Below, in pieces: positions 27,666 to 39,721 of a stretch of DNA of 64,000 nt. Below the pieces are notes generated by a model. It made no database searches and had not been told where the DNA came from. It saw only the letters and a list, made by a program, of their open reading frames with translations. The translations under genes and the position numbers were made by a program. Source of the stretch: Lytechinus pictus (taxonomy: Eukaryota); assembly GCF_037042905.1 (NCBI RefSeq), contig NC_087255.1, forward strand, positions 14,074,001 to 14,138,000. Reading direction: 5' to 3'. Position 1 is the stretch's first letter. Each line of letters begins with the position of its first letter.

Positions 27666-28679
27666 TACCTACAACCACGTACACTTCCGTCCTCCCTGTT
27701 TTATATGCAGCCTACCTTATTGCATATCTTACTATAACAAATCCTTATGAAGTACACCCCCCTACTTGTGCTAACTTAAGTCTGCTTTTCAAACGCCGAT
27801 ATCCCTTTGCAACTCTCTACATCCATGCTCACACACCCCGACCTATTTTAAAAATGCACACACTGTTTAATATATTCTACACACGCATTTACACCCCCTC
27901 GATATTTCCAAACACACAAAGGCCTACTCCTTTGTAATAATTTACAACTCACCTCATCATCTCCTTTAAAATGCCAAACTTCTTTATTGTACACTGACGC
28001 ACTACCTCAAACACGCAAAATCATTCATAATCTAGACACACACACAACACTTGTCTTTATCTAAGTTTAAAAAGAACATAGACCTATATACTCTTTCATG
28101 GTATTCTACCTAGAACCCGCCGCACTTCTTTTTCTTTGATTACACTATCCCATTTGCAATGTTAAACAAACTCGTACGCACACACCCACACGCAAACTCA
28201 CCCTCATACACTATTCGATTAAAACGCACACTTTCCATCCTAATATTTACACGCACACCTGATGTTTTACTTCCTTTCAAACGCACATACTACTTTGAAA
28301 TATTCTAAACTCACACTTTCATTTTTTTTTAATACTTAATATTTTACACGCACATGCACACACGCTAACTTCCTTTGAAATGCAGGAACCCACTGTAATA
28401 ATCTACACCCACATACACCACCCTCTCTTAATTCCTTTGAAACGCCTACAGCCCTTTGAATATTCTACACCTGTGTGCAAATACTTTCTGAAACGCACAT
28501 ATTCCTTCTTCATGTTCGTGATGTATACTTTTTGCATTTTGCATGAATTTTGATATGACTAATAATATTGAAGAAATAAGAACCTAGCCTTTAGATTTGT
28601 TTCTTGGGAAATATTTTTCGCCTATATATAACTTTCTACCCCCACACTGAAAGTCATTGTGACCTTTGAAAAAACGTTG

Positions 28680-29314
28680 TCAAATGGCTCAACTTGCCCC
28701 ATCTGTGGGGTAAATTGTGCCCACTTGCTGGGGTAAGTTGAGCCACAAAAACTGTGTACATCCAGCATGTCAATTTGTATTTAAAGTATTTTTAATGGCT
28801 AATTCTGTATGAATACCAACATCCTCTAATATTAAAAGAACTGTTTGCTCCTTTCTGCCTGCATATCAATGGCTTTTAAGGTTGGTTTTTATTATACTTT
28901 ACCATAACAATTACTATGGCTCAACTTGCCCCATGTTCGCTGGCTCAAATTACCCCAGTCCGAACTTAATGCGATATTTTCACATCCACACATTTCTTAT
29001 GCATCCGTCATGTAAAAGACTATGACAAGGATGAGAATCCATACCTGGACTAACAATATTGTTCTTATTTCTTAATCATATTTAAAGACGTGTGCGGGTA
29101 AAAAGCACTTATCAATTTCACACCCTTTTTTACTTTTGGGGCTGAAATTTGCATTTTCCCTCTGAAAAGAAGTTGAAAACAATTAGATGGAGTTAAGGGT
29201 CATGAAATGGGTCATCAATACATGACACCACCACAATGTCTGACTCATTCATTATTGGCCTGGGGGTGGCGGCTCAACTTGCCCCTATGTTCAACTTACC
29301 CCGCCTTCCCCTAC
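28680..29314. mobile_element. Partial pogo/Tigger-like MITE with repeated GGCTCAACTTGCCCC motifs
   Basis: Motif recurs in both orientations; right end AACTTACCCCGCCTTCCCCTAC. Confidence 0.5.
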
Positions 29315-29632
29315 ATCCATACGGTCTCACACACCCTTTCTTAAAAAGATAAGCAACCAAATTCTACACCCACACACCTCACTCTTCTCTCAACTTAAGA
29401 TCGCATGTACTCTTGTGAGTGTTCCTGCTCCCACTATCCCCTACCTTTTTCTTCCTTTAAAACACACCCTCAAACACACACACTTTTGTCATATTATAGA
29501 CCTGAGCTTGCTCCTCTTCCCTTAATATACCAATACTCCTTCATAATATTTGAACACCCACATCTAAACTCTATTTTTTTTAATGCACACACCCTTTGTA
29601 ATATTCTACACCCATTTTCACCCATACACACG

Positions 29633-30145
29633 CACACATTTCAACGTTGTATTGTATTGCTACCCTCACGCACACACTTCAACGTTGTATTGTATTGCTA
29701 CCCTCACGCACACAGTTCAACATTATATTGTATTGCTGCCTTCCCGCACACACTTCAATATTATATTGTATTGCTACCCTCACGCAAACACTTCAACGTT
29801 GTATTGTATTGCTACCCTCACGCACACACTTCAACGTTGTATTGTATTGCTACCCTCACGCATACACTTCAACATTATATTGTATTGCTGCCTTCACGCA
29901 CACACTTCAACGTTATATTGTATTGCTACCCTCACGCACACACTTCAACATTATATTGTATTGCTGCCTTCACGCACACACTTCAACATTATATTGTATT
30001 GCTACCCTCACGCACACACTTCAACGTTATATTGTATTGCTACCCTCACGCACACACTTCAACGTTGTATTGTATTGCTACCCTCACGTACACAATTCAA
30101 CATTATATTGTATTGCTGCCTTCACGCACACACTTCAACGTTATA
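29633..30145. repeat. 38-bp minisatellite (CACACACTTCAACGTTGTATTGTATTGCTACCCTCACG), ~13 copies
   Basis: Direct tandem repeats with no spacers. Confidence 0.95.
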
Positions 30146-31962
30146 CAGTGCGTCCCACAAAAAACGAAACCGAGATTTATCGATGATTTACCATAACTTA
30201 ATCATAAATGCAATAGACAAATGTCCTACCATTTTAAAGCTTAGAATCTCCTCTTTCATCTGAAATAACTTAGATTATTTCTCATTCACGCATTAGTGAG
30301 CAAAAGCAATTTGAAAAGGGGATACCAAAAAGTCACTTGGCGGGCCGTATCTGGGTTTTAAAAAGAAAACCACATTTTCAAAAAGTTCAACATCTGCTCT
30401 TTAATTTGATATCTCAATTACAGAAAATGGTCAAGAAAAAACAAAGTTCTGGTTATTTGAAATAAGGCTTGACTTTCAATAATTTCAGAAAATGAAGAGG
30501 TTTTTCAGGCTAGCGTTCAAACTCACTCGACACTCCGTTTTGTTGACGATCAGCCATGCATAAAGTATTTTGTTACCGTGCGATAGCTTCTGTGGGAAAC
30601 CGGTGAAAACACTTTTGAGAAGAAAACACGTGGACAAATGATATGCCATTGCTCGCCGTTTAATTCCGTACGAGGCATCAAAACACAGAGGCAATATGCC
30701 TAAATAACATAAGAGGTGATAAACCTCAAAACAGTCTGAACAATGTCGTAAGACATAACGAAAAACTACATCTGTGGCATCCTATTAATCTTACTGAAAG
30801 ATATGGTCACGTGATCGCCAGGAAGGGTAGTAACTCCTCCCTGGGACTGTTGATCACGTGACCCACCCGCAGGATAGTAGTTCCCACGGGTGTTTCCCTA
30901 AATCTTGGTAAACAACATCTTTGGAGCATATACTTTGATATCAATATTGGTGATCTGTCAGGTTTCAAACAAATTGTTTCTGAACAAAAACCTTCCACCC
31001 AATTAATTATTTATTTATTTTATTTTATTTTATTTTATTTTATTTTATTTATTTATTTTTTTTTTTATTTTTTTTTTTTTTGCCCCGTCATAAGTCACAT
31101 GATTCTGGAGCATACATGAACTTGTCATGCTTGCAAATAAAGCTACCTAATATATTGGCATGGAGCTGCATTAAACACTTAACCTCACATGAATGGATGC
31201 AAAATGCCTATAAAAGCACGTTCCTTCTAGGGTAAACTAAAGCTACTTCTAGTTGATATAATCATCTCAGGACTAAATGCATATAAGATGGAGGATACTG
31301 AGCACAATGGCCTGGATAAGGCATTACACACCATTTACAAACATTATCATGTAGCCCTTAACAGCAAAACCTTCCAAAGACCATCAGTATCCTTTCAAAG
31401 AGTATAAACAAAACAGTATATTTTGCTCTCCTGTCTTAATTATCGTCCTTTCTTTCCCAGTTCGTTTTCGGTTCTCAAATTTATGCACGTCACAACAGGG
31501 ACAGCCCCGTCTTGCGATTTCTGATCAACTAAGCAATTCCAAGAGTAAATAATGTATTGTACAACTACAATAAACAGGCTTTACCAAGCTGATTCATTCG
31601 AAAGAACTGGTTTGTCATAATTGACCTATACACTCTCCAGTGCAGTCCCTGCTTCTCACCCCTAAAATATGAAGAATAAAAAAGAATTGTTCGTCTATCT
31701 ATTCATTCTATTCAGTTGTTCTTTCTTTCTTTTTACTTCCAAGTGTTATTATCCTCAATCCAGACACGTGCATATCATTATTGATAATAGCAAGGTAGTA
31801 CTGTTGACGGTGCCCTTCACAAAGCCCGTAAACTGAAGTATGTACATAAACGACTAGAAACAATAAACGTAATAACACTAAGATACATTACAAAAGAAAA
31901 AAAAACCTTGCCAGAAGCCTCGAGTTCTCAAAATGTTTCTCAAACTCGTCTCCTCTCCATAT

Positions 31963-32543
31963 CTAAACAAATCCTGCTTCCCTTGCTGCAGTTCTGAAAC
32001 TGTCAATGAGAATGTCTGAACCCAAATCAGAGAGGTGCAATCCATCTCTATTGAAGAGGATGTGGATTGTGGGGTCAAATTCATGTTTGATGATGGTGGT
32101 ATCCGACATCCTGGCTAGTTTCCTCCTAGCGTATTTGTTAAGAGACTTACGAACTCCATCCAAGGCCTCCTGTGAATTAGAGCCTTGCTTGCAACCATAG
32201 TAGAAGAGCCGCGGTAAAATACCAGACCAGGCGGTATGGGTGTGCGGCATTCTCGCGCGTAGATATTGGATGGCTGTGTCAATTGCCATCCTGCACCGGC
32301 AGACATCATACTGTCCGATGTCATTTGATCCTAAGTGGACAATAGCTAATGCAGGAGGAGTGCCGCATCTCAGCCGGTTAGAGACCATCCTGGGGAGATC
32401 CTGGAGCGTGGCGCTGCCTTGCCCATGCCAACGGACCACGATACCTCGCTCTCCAAATTGCTGATAGTTGCGTTGTGAAGCTCGTTCTTTTGCTCTTCTG
32501 ACCAGGCTATCCCCTACAATCCAGATCCAGTTTCCAGTCCCCT
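31963..32543 (-). CDS. SGNH/GDSL-type hydrolase ORF of the YR element (intact, probably spliced)
   Basis: Blocks WIVGDS, G, HLGSND, DGLHL; upstream acceptor TTTTTTATTGCAG. Confidence 0.85.
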
Positions 32544-33164
32544 CTGCAATAAAAAAATGAGAGTTCCCGGAAGTAACATGTTCTACACATGTACACATGC
32601 CCAGTGCACTGACATCTTTCTTGTCATATTACATTTATAGCTGATTGGCTATTATCTCTGTTATTGTACTTTGACAACTGATTGTAGTTAAGTTGATAAG
32701 TAGGTTAGGATGTATAAATTAGAGCTTTGAGAAAGTTTGAAAGGCACTATATGAATATTGAATTATTACTCATTATTGTCATCATGAACTTGGATATCCG
32801 TTCACACACAAAGGGTAATTACAAATATGCACCCTATGCAGTATCCAATTGTCTACATTGTTATTAGCCGACTAGATATATCTTTATTATTATTGTGTTA
32901 CTTCTGCTTACATACATGTTTAGACAAACTACAAATGTGCTCCCCGTGTAGAAACCCACTACTCGGCTAACTGGATTCTACCTTTATTATTATTGTATAG
33001 TTATGAATAAATGTAATGATACGTGGATGAAACTGCGACCAAGTATAGCGAATTATAAGTATGCTTCCTGAGTAGTAACCACAGGAACCATCCATAATTG
33101 TTTGCCCATAGCTTACATAACCTTCCCACAGAGTTAGCTGTGGTAGTTACAATGTCGCAATAGG

Positions 33165-33690
33165 TCACCTTATGTAACGTAGATAGGCATCACTACGCCA
33201 TCTACCCGTGGTCATAATTTGCTCAGGAGGTATACCCTTTAGAAGTTTAGGGCTGCCATTGTGGCTGCCCCAATGCGAAAGAAGTGTGTTCCATATTGGT
33301 TAGCCCCGACCCCCGACACAAACAGTGCCTCCTTCAATACTGCACTGAACTGATACCTGGAAAGGGGGGAGCCATTCATATGGCAGAAAAGTGGCCCTCT
33401 CCCTTTAGACCGTACCCTTAAGTACGTCTCCATAGCCTCGACAGGGCATGTGCCCTCTGTCTTATTTTCTTTGATTTAAAGCGTGGTACCCCTCCCGTAT
33501 TGGTCTGTCTTTGAAAATCTACTCTGTACCAACATGAATTGTGAATTTTCTTCCTGACCCCATTGGATATCATCTATAGCCAATATCTTCCTCCCATCAT
33601 CACTCTGACTCTGAACCGTGAATTCTCCAACCCTCAAGAAGCCAAAGAAAGCCAAAAAAAATGCCGCTTGAAACATTATTGACTCAAACC
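33165..33690 (-). pseudogene. Tyrosine recombinase catalytic domain (in-frame stop at 33476, frameshift near 33240, N-terminus missing)
   Basis: AFFGFLRVGE, SKTDQ, CPV, THFFRIGAAT, GRWRSDAYLRYIR give the R-K-H-R-W-Y catalytic set. Confidence 0.92.
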
Positions 33691-34965
33691 TCGAGATTTG
33701 CAGCCGGCACGCCTGGGCGTTTGCCCCCTTTGTTTACCCACTGTTGATGAATGGGGGCAGGGCCCCTTGCCGAACATGGAGATCCACCCCCTACTACGTG
33801 GAGGAGCCACAACTCCCCGTTTATCTCCGCCCAGGAACCCCCTGTGGCATGAAATCGGTGCCGAAATTCTATATCGTAGTCCCTCCAACCATATCCGTAG
33901 TAGCGTGAAGCAGCAGAACGAATGAGGTGACAGTACTTCAGAATGTCATGAGTGTGTCGTGGATTTGCTGCCAGATAGACGCTCATGTATATTAGGAAGG
34001 CATTTGTCCAAATTTCAATGGACATGATTTTGTTTTTGGAGGGGGCATTGTAGGGCTTTAACACCCATTTTCCTTCCTCCTCGGCTATCGCCAGATTAGT
34101 TCTCTGTTCTGCTGCTTCGCGCAGTGTGTTGGAGGCTACATCTTGGGCGTTAACTAACAGATTTAGATCCACATACTCCCCCTTCCAAATCTTTTCTTTT
34201 ATGCTTTTGGGAATAGATACACCCAGTGTGTCACCTACAGGGTTTAACGGGGAATAGTGAGGGTGGTGATAGCCTCTATTCATGTTCTCTGTGTTAGGTC
34301 TACGTTCTGTATTGATTATGGTTTGGTTATTTGGCCCTGTGGCCTCATTATCATGGACACAGTGTGAATTTTGAGTTAGGTCGGTTCTTATCTGAACACT
34401 CATGACACTAGGAGGTACAATTGCGGGGAAGGATGATGTGAATGGGGTCTCTCGTACCATCCCAGACTGACTTCGTTCTCTAATATTGTGCGATTCGTGA
34501 CCTGTAATGTTATTATTAGTATGGCCAGGTACGCAGAACGAATCTGTATGATCTTGTATTTGTACTGACATGTATTCAGGTCGAGAAGGCTCACCTGCGG
34601 TATTATTACTAGTGCTGGTCCTGGGACAACTCTGAGTCTGACCCTGAGTGGATGGTAATTGCAGCACAGGCCCTTGTGAAGCTGCTGGCCTCTTAGCTGA
34701 ACGGCTGGGTGAACGGCCGGATGAACGACCCTGCTCAACGTCAATGGGTTCTGGCGCTGCTCCTACTGCAGTGGCAGCTAGCGGGGGCTTGTCCGGGCTC
34801 ATTCCCCGTCGTACTCGTAGGCCTACCGCTTCCCGGTGGAGCTACCGTCCGAGTTGCGTGTGAGGCAGCTGTCGTTTTTGTCTGGCGGGTGCCTCGACTT
34901 CTACCTCGTTTTGCCCGAGAACGCGTCTGAGCCGGTTCAGTGGTGGCCTTTCTCCTCTTCCCCAT
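33684..34965 (-). pseudogene. DIRS/Ngaro-type gag-like ORF (frameshift near 34800; C-terminal zinc finger missing)
   Basis: KEKIWKGEYVDL, SIEIWTNAFLIYMSVY and GWRDYDIEFR motifs typical of DIRS gag. Confidence 0.8.
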
Positions 34966-35376
34966 TGTTTTCCGATTCTGTTCGATTATGGAATGACTAA
35001 AATAGAAGACAAATATCGCTATTTCGTCGTTGGGGAAAACAAAAACGTTGCGACCTCCTAAAAAATTTGTTGCCTCGAAGGAATTTCAGACTGCAATGGC
35101 TTTATTACGTGCACACGTTACTAGTATATTCCACAACGCACATGTTTCCCGCTGTGATTAGATCACATGTTATCCGGTTAGTGATCACATGCACAATCTG
35201 TATCGATTTGGACTTTTACACATTATATTCCTCTATGAACCTACCACTTGTTTCTCTCAAAAATTTACTGATCACTGAGAATGATCATTACCTTTTATTT
35301 AATGAAATTATGGAAATACAAGCATTGTTTCGAGGGATCATAACTTTTTTAATTCTTGACCATTTTCTGTGATTAA

Positions 35377-36147
35377 CCCTAATTCTCCCGGGGGGGGGGG
35401 GGGCCATAATGGCCCCCCCTTGACAATTTTCGCGATATATCTGCTGCGCAAATTTTTTTGACCTCGCCGCTCACTGACTTTTTACTTTCAAGTCTCGCGC
35501 AAATTTTGAGACCAAATTTGTGACGCCCGGGTACACGGTTACGACATTACGCAACATTATGTAAGTGCATGTCAGACCCAAAATTGCTCATAAACGTGAT
35601 TTCATGTACAAATCCAATGCAAATTGTGTATTTAGCCAAAATTCATAAATGTATCATTATTTCTACTTTTACTGATTAAACTGAATTAATTTTGCCTTGT
35701 TTATGATCAGAACTAAGTCTGGAATGATTTCCATTGAAAAAACAATAAAAAACAAAAAGTAAAAAAACAAAGAAATACATAAGAAATTCATAAAACAATA
35801 AAATACATAAGAAATTGATTTCCGAACCGAAGTTTGTTTAATTGCGATTGTTAAGATTGCTACAAATAATTTTTTTACAAAAAATTAGCATTCTAGGAGC
35901 TTTATTTAGTGAATTATAGCAAAAAGTATGATTTATGCATAAATTAGCATAATTAATTCATATAAAATAAAATCTAATTATTTTGGAAAATTTTACCATA
36001 CAGCCTTGTAGATTACATCGCACACTACCAGTGTGCAAATTTTTGCGTCGCTCGCGCAATCGGCGGCCGAGATCTTAAGGGGGGGCCATAATGGCCCCCC
36101 CCCCCCCCGGGATTGACAAGAATCAAAATACCCCGGGAGATTGAGGG
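35377..36147. mobile_element. piggyBac-type MITE
   Basis: TTAA|CCCTAATTCTCCCGGGG...CCCCGGGAGATTGAGGG|TTAA; single TTAA at the empty site (~25403). Confidence 0.88.
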
Positions 36148-36418
36148 TTAAGGTATCAAAGAAAAGAGCAGATATTGATCTTTTTAGTCATGTGATTTTC
36201 TTTTTGAAATTCAGATACCCCCGCCAAATGAGTTTTTGGCATCCTTTCTTCAAATTGTTTTTGCTCACTCATGCGTGAATGAGAATTTATTCAAGTAATA
36301 CCAGATGAAAGAGGAGATTCTAAACTTTGCATTGGTAGGTCATTTGTCTATTTTATTTATGATTAAGTTATGATAAATCATCAGTAAATCTCGGTTTCGT
36401 TTTTTCTGGGACGCACTG

Positions 36419-36585
36419 TATTGTATTGCTACCCTCACGCACACACTTCAACGTTGTATTGTATTGCTACCCTCACGCACACACTTCAACATTATATTGT
36501 ATTACACACTTCAACGTTATATTGTATTGCTACCCTCACGCACACACTTCAACGTTATATTTTATTGCTACCCTCACGCACACAT
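36419..36585. repeat. Continuation of the 38-bp minisatellite (~4 copies)
   Basis: Resumes in register after the TA duplication. Confidence 0.92.
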
Positions 36586-37544
36586 ACGTGCGCGTAATTC
36601 GTATTAAACACACATTTTTTTTTCTAAAACTCTTCCTTAAAATGCACACACATACACGCTCTCTATATCTTCCTTTAAATCACTGACACTCCTTCATAAT
36701 ATTTTAGACGCACACTCTATCTCTACTTTTAAAACACCCAAACCCTACTGAAATATTCAACAAATATGTTCCCAAAGCATATCTTTAAAACGCACATCCT
36801 CCGAAATATTCTAAACCCACACCCACACACACCCTATTCCTTTAAAACACTCATACTCCTTTGTTACATTTCTACACCCACATTCCTCACATACGCTTAC
36901 TTCGTGTGAAACGCAGCTCTCCTTTGGAATATCATACGTCCACGGTGACCAATTCTTAGTCTGCAGGCACAGACCCTGATTGAAACTTTGATACATAGTC
37001 CTCTGATATTCTAAACACACACACACACATAAAATCCCGAAAAAGCACAAGTGCCTTTTCTTTTGAAATGTAATAACACACAATCTCATCAAACGGCACC
37101 CACCCTTTGTAACAGTATTTTTTTCACGCTCACATGCTCTACACACATCCGGCCCACACACTTAATTGTAGATACATCTCTTTTGTGGAAAATAAATGAA
37201 ACTTTAAAATGTCAAAACTCTTTTTTATAGAATTATACATCCGATTGTGATAGAATTTTCAGTGTTATTCTTGTCTCATTTAATTAATCAAATCAACATT
37301 TTCAGGGGTGGACTTGACATTTAATGTTACCGAGGCGTTCCACTACATTCCACCCCACACCCTTCCTGTTCTGTTTAGATCTTACAAGCTCTCACCCTTA
37401 CAACTAAGTGCAACCATAATCATATTCTCTCTGGTCTTTATTATTTATTGTAAAACATTACTATCTTGCCCAAAGTAAACCTAGATATACATGTTCATGT
37501 TACTCTTTAACTGCGTAAGCTGTCTTCCAATCGTAGGATTTATA

Positions 37545-37835
37545 ATAATAATTATTATACTTGCTTATATCGCGCTTAATACTTACTTTGTCAGAAGTCT
37601 CTAAGCGCTCTACAGTATATGCAGCATAATTACCCTGGCTTTAGCAGTGCAGCTGTAACGCGCGCTGCGTTTCAAGGAATAAATTCCTGCCAGGTACCCA
37701 TTTACCTCACCTGGGTTGAGTGCAGCACATTGTGGATCAATTTCTTGCTGAAGGACATTACGCCATGGTTGGGATTCGAACCCACGACCTTCTGTTTCAA
37801 AGTCCGGAGACTAATCCACTGGGCCACAACGCTCC
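37545..37835 (-). mobile_element. tRNA-derived SINE
   Basis: A box TGGCCCAGTGG, B box GGTTCGAATCCC, body and (TTA)n-like tail; fragment also at ~44790-44910. Confidence 0.85.
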
Positions 37836-37933
37836 ATTTATTACAGATTATATATTTGTTGTGATCACATCAATTTTTATGTTCCTTCTGCTACATTATT
37901 TTAAATCATTTTAAATGATTTTATTTTTCACAG

Positions 37934-38281
37934 AATATCCCGCAAGCTTTCTACAAAAAGGTGAGTCATATTTTATCTACCTCACACACAACACAACGCG
38001 CAGACGATCATACGATACTCACCTTTTGCAAACGGATACTACGAATGGATTTCAAATTATATTCAGGGATTTATATCTCTATTATGGCGAACAAATCCAG
38101 ATAGGGAAAGGTACTGATCCGTCTGATCTACAGTCTGTCATTACAGCCATCAATGGATATAGACATTGCTGTCCCAGTGATGTTTATGTAGAGAGCAGTG
38201 ATATGTGGATCGCGATCATAGGAGGCATGGAATACTACAACCTTGAAGTATATGCTGAGATAATATCTACTGATCTTTCCA
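37934..38281 (+). CDS. Exon A8: CUB-like domain
   Basis: CAG/GTAAGT; 348 nt. Confidence 0.88.
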
Positions 38282-38566
38282 GTAAGTGATTTTAAAATCA
38301 TAACGTTTTGTGTCGATTTTCACTGATGCAATATAATCCATGAACGGCTTTTAGAAGTATCACTTATATGATTCATAAAAACAATAATTAATAGAAGTGT
38401 TCAATTTTACTATCAATTTATAAAAACTTGAATGTTCTTAAAAGCCTTGTTTGAGATTTATCTTTACTCTAAAAGCGCAAACACAAGTTCATACTAAACC
38501 AGGCTGAATAAAGATTGCACATGTGAGTAACTGTTCATATTTTTTTTCTGTGTCATCTTTTCATAG

Positions 38567-38665
38567 CTTTATATAGATGTTCGATTTCTGACAAATTTGT
38601 TCCAACGTCAGCCCTTTGCGATGGATTTTACCATTGTGATCATTTTGAGGATGAATTAGCGTGCA
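38567..38665 (+). CDS. Exon B8: LDLa module (LYRCSISDKFVPTSALCDGFYHCDHFEDELAC)
   Basis: TAG/GTAAGT; 99 nt. Confidence 0.9.
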
Positions 38666-38793
38666 GTAAGTACATAAAGAATAAATATTCAGCACTGTTC
38701 CCGAAATTATGGTTTGCGGGCACTAACATGAACTCCTGTCCTGTAATATTTTGAAACATAGGGTAGACAAAGTCTTAACTTTATGGATGGCTG

Positions 38794-39031
38794 GGCCCTG
38801 TCTTTCAAAGAGTTACGATTGATTTGGTCAACCTCAATTATATGGAAATCCATTAATGTCATAATTTTGTAATGTCCTTTTGTAAACAAAGAGAAGCAGC
38901 TTCAAGAAAACTATGAATGTATGAATAAACATCATATCTAGAAAATATTTTCAAAAACATGCATTTCAGATGTTGACGTTGCTGGCTTTCCATGATCGGG
39001 TCAATTGTAACTCTTTTTTTAAGATAGGGCC
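38794..39031. mobile_element. PIF/Harbinger-type MITE, TSD CTG
   Basis: CTG|GGCCCTGTCTT...AAGATAGGGCC|CTG; second copy 56540-56806. Confidence 0.75.
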
Positions 39032-39325
39032 CTGATCTGCGCTTCATACCATTCCAAACAGACTTCCAATATGGGGCATTTCTTAGCTTGGCCGAGTACT
39101 TTGAGCAAGTTCAAAATTTTCGAGTGGAATTGTGCAGGGTCGATAACTTGAAGGCAGATTGCCCTCAACCATGTCAACACGGTTATCTTGCCGAGCTTGA
39201 ACAACTAGGCTCCACATTTTGTTTGATGGCCCTTTAAGAGTTTTCAATTGGCAGTATGATCTGAGCCCCTCATGGGTACAAACCTCGGTCTAATTCATTG
39301 GAAATTATCTATTTCTTAACTATAG

Positions 39326-39721
39326 ATCACTCAACAAGGTTTTTAGCCTCTGGCCAGTCCACTTTCATCACCGCTTATTTCGTGGACAGCGGACATTTTG
39401 GTATATCTGTTCTAAGCACAAACGCGACTGCAATATTTCGACTCGAGTCCCAGGAGGATCATCGTCAAAACAGTGAGGAAACAATTCTAATAGGAACCGG
39501 AAATGACGTCAAATCAGCTATTAGAACGTTCCATGGAGATACTCCATACCATGCTGATATATACGTAGGATCAAATGTGATTTGGATTGCTATTGTTGGT
39601 CATAAGGACTACAACTACTACGGGAACTATCATGACTCTTATGAGAGTTATTATGACTCATATGACTATAGTTATGACAATAGTGACATCAATCTCAAGG
39701 TCACTGCAATTGACAGGTCTG
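39326..39721 (+). CDS. Exon A9: CUB-like domain with Tyr/Asp-rich insertion
   Basis: TAG/GTAAGT; 396 nt. Confidence 0.86.

Larger units (their letters stand above)
30613..35296 (-). mobile_element. Ngaro/DIRS-like YR element, copy 2: gag + YR + SGNH hydrolase, RT/RNaseH absent
   Basis: Coding remnants below; boundaries defined by the interrupted Tc1-MITE (empty site ~25320-25335) and by homology with copy 1. Confidence 0.85.
30146..36418. mobile_element. Second copy of the Tc1-MITE, split by two nested insertions
   Basis: TA|CAGTGCGTCCC...GGGACGCACTG|TA; segments 30146-30612, 35297-35376 and 36148-36418 match 24866-25671. Confidence 0.9.

Noticed and set aside
29633-30145. CRISPR-like array
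   Set aside because: Head-to-tail repeats with no unique spacers, no cas genes, eukaryotic intron.
29405-30263. Three long overlapping ORFs (179-263 aa)
   Set aside because: Translations of a stop-free 38-bp minisatellite; all three frames give the same cyclic peptide.
30794-30900. Hammerhead ribozyme or CRESS-type TAGTATTAC origin
   Set aside because: CTGAAAGA does not fit CUGANGA with a downstream GAAA core; the loop TAGTAACTC does not match the nonamer.
30613-31960. Ngaro split direct repeats or a DIRS internal complementary region
   Set aside because: Searched by eye for copies of the 35000-35296 end and found none; short degenerate matches could have been missed.
37760-37835. tRNA gene (also ~63400-63477)
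   Set aside because: A/B boxes run into SINE body sequence; no clean acceptor stem or poly-T terminator.
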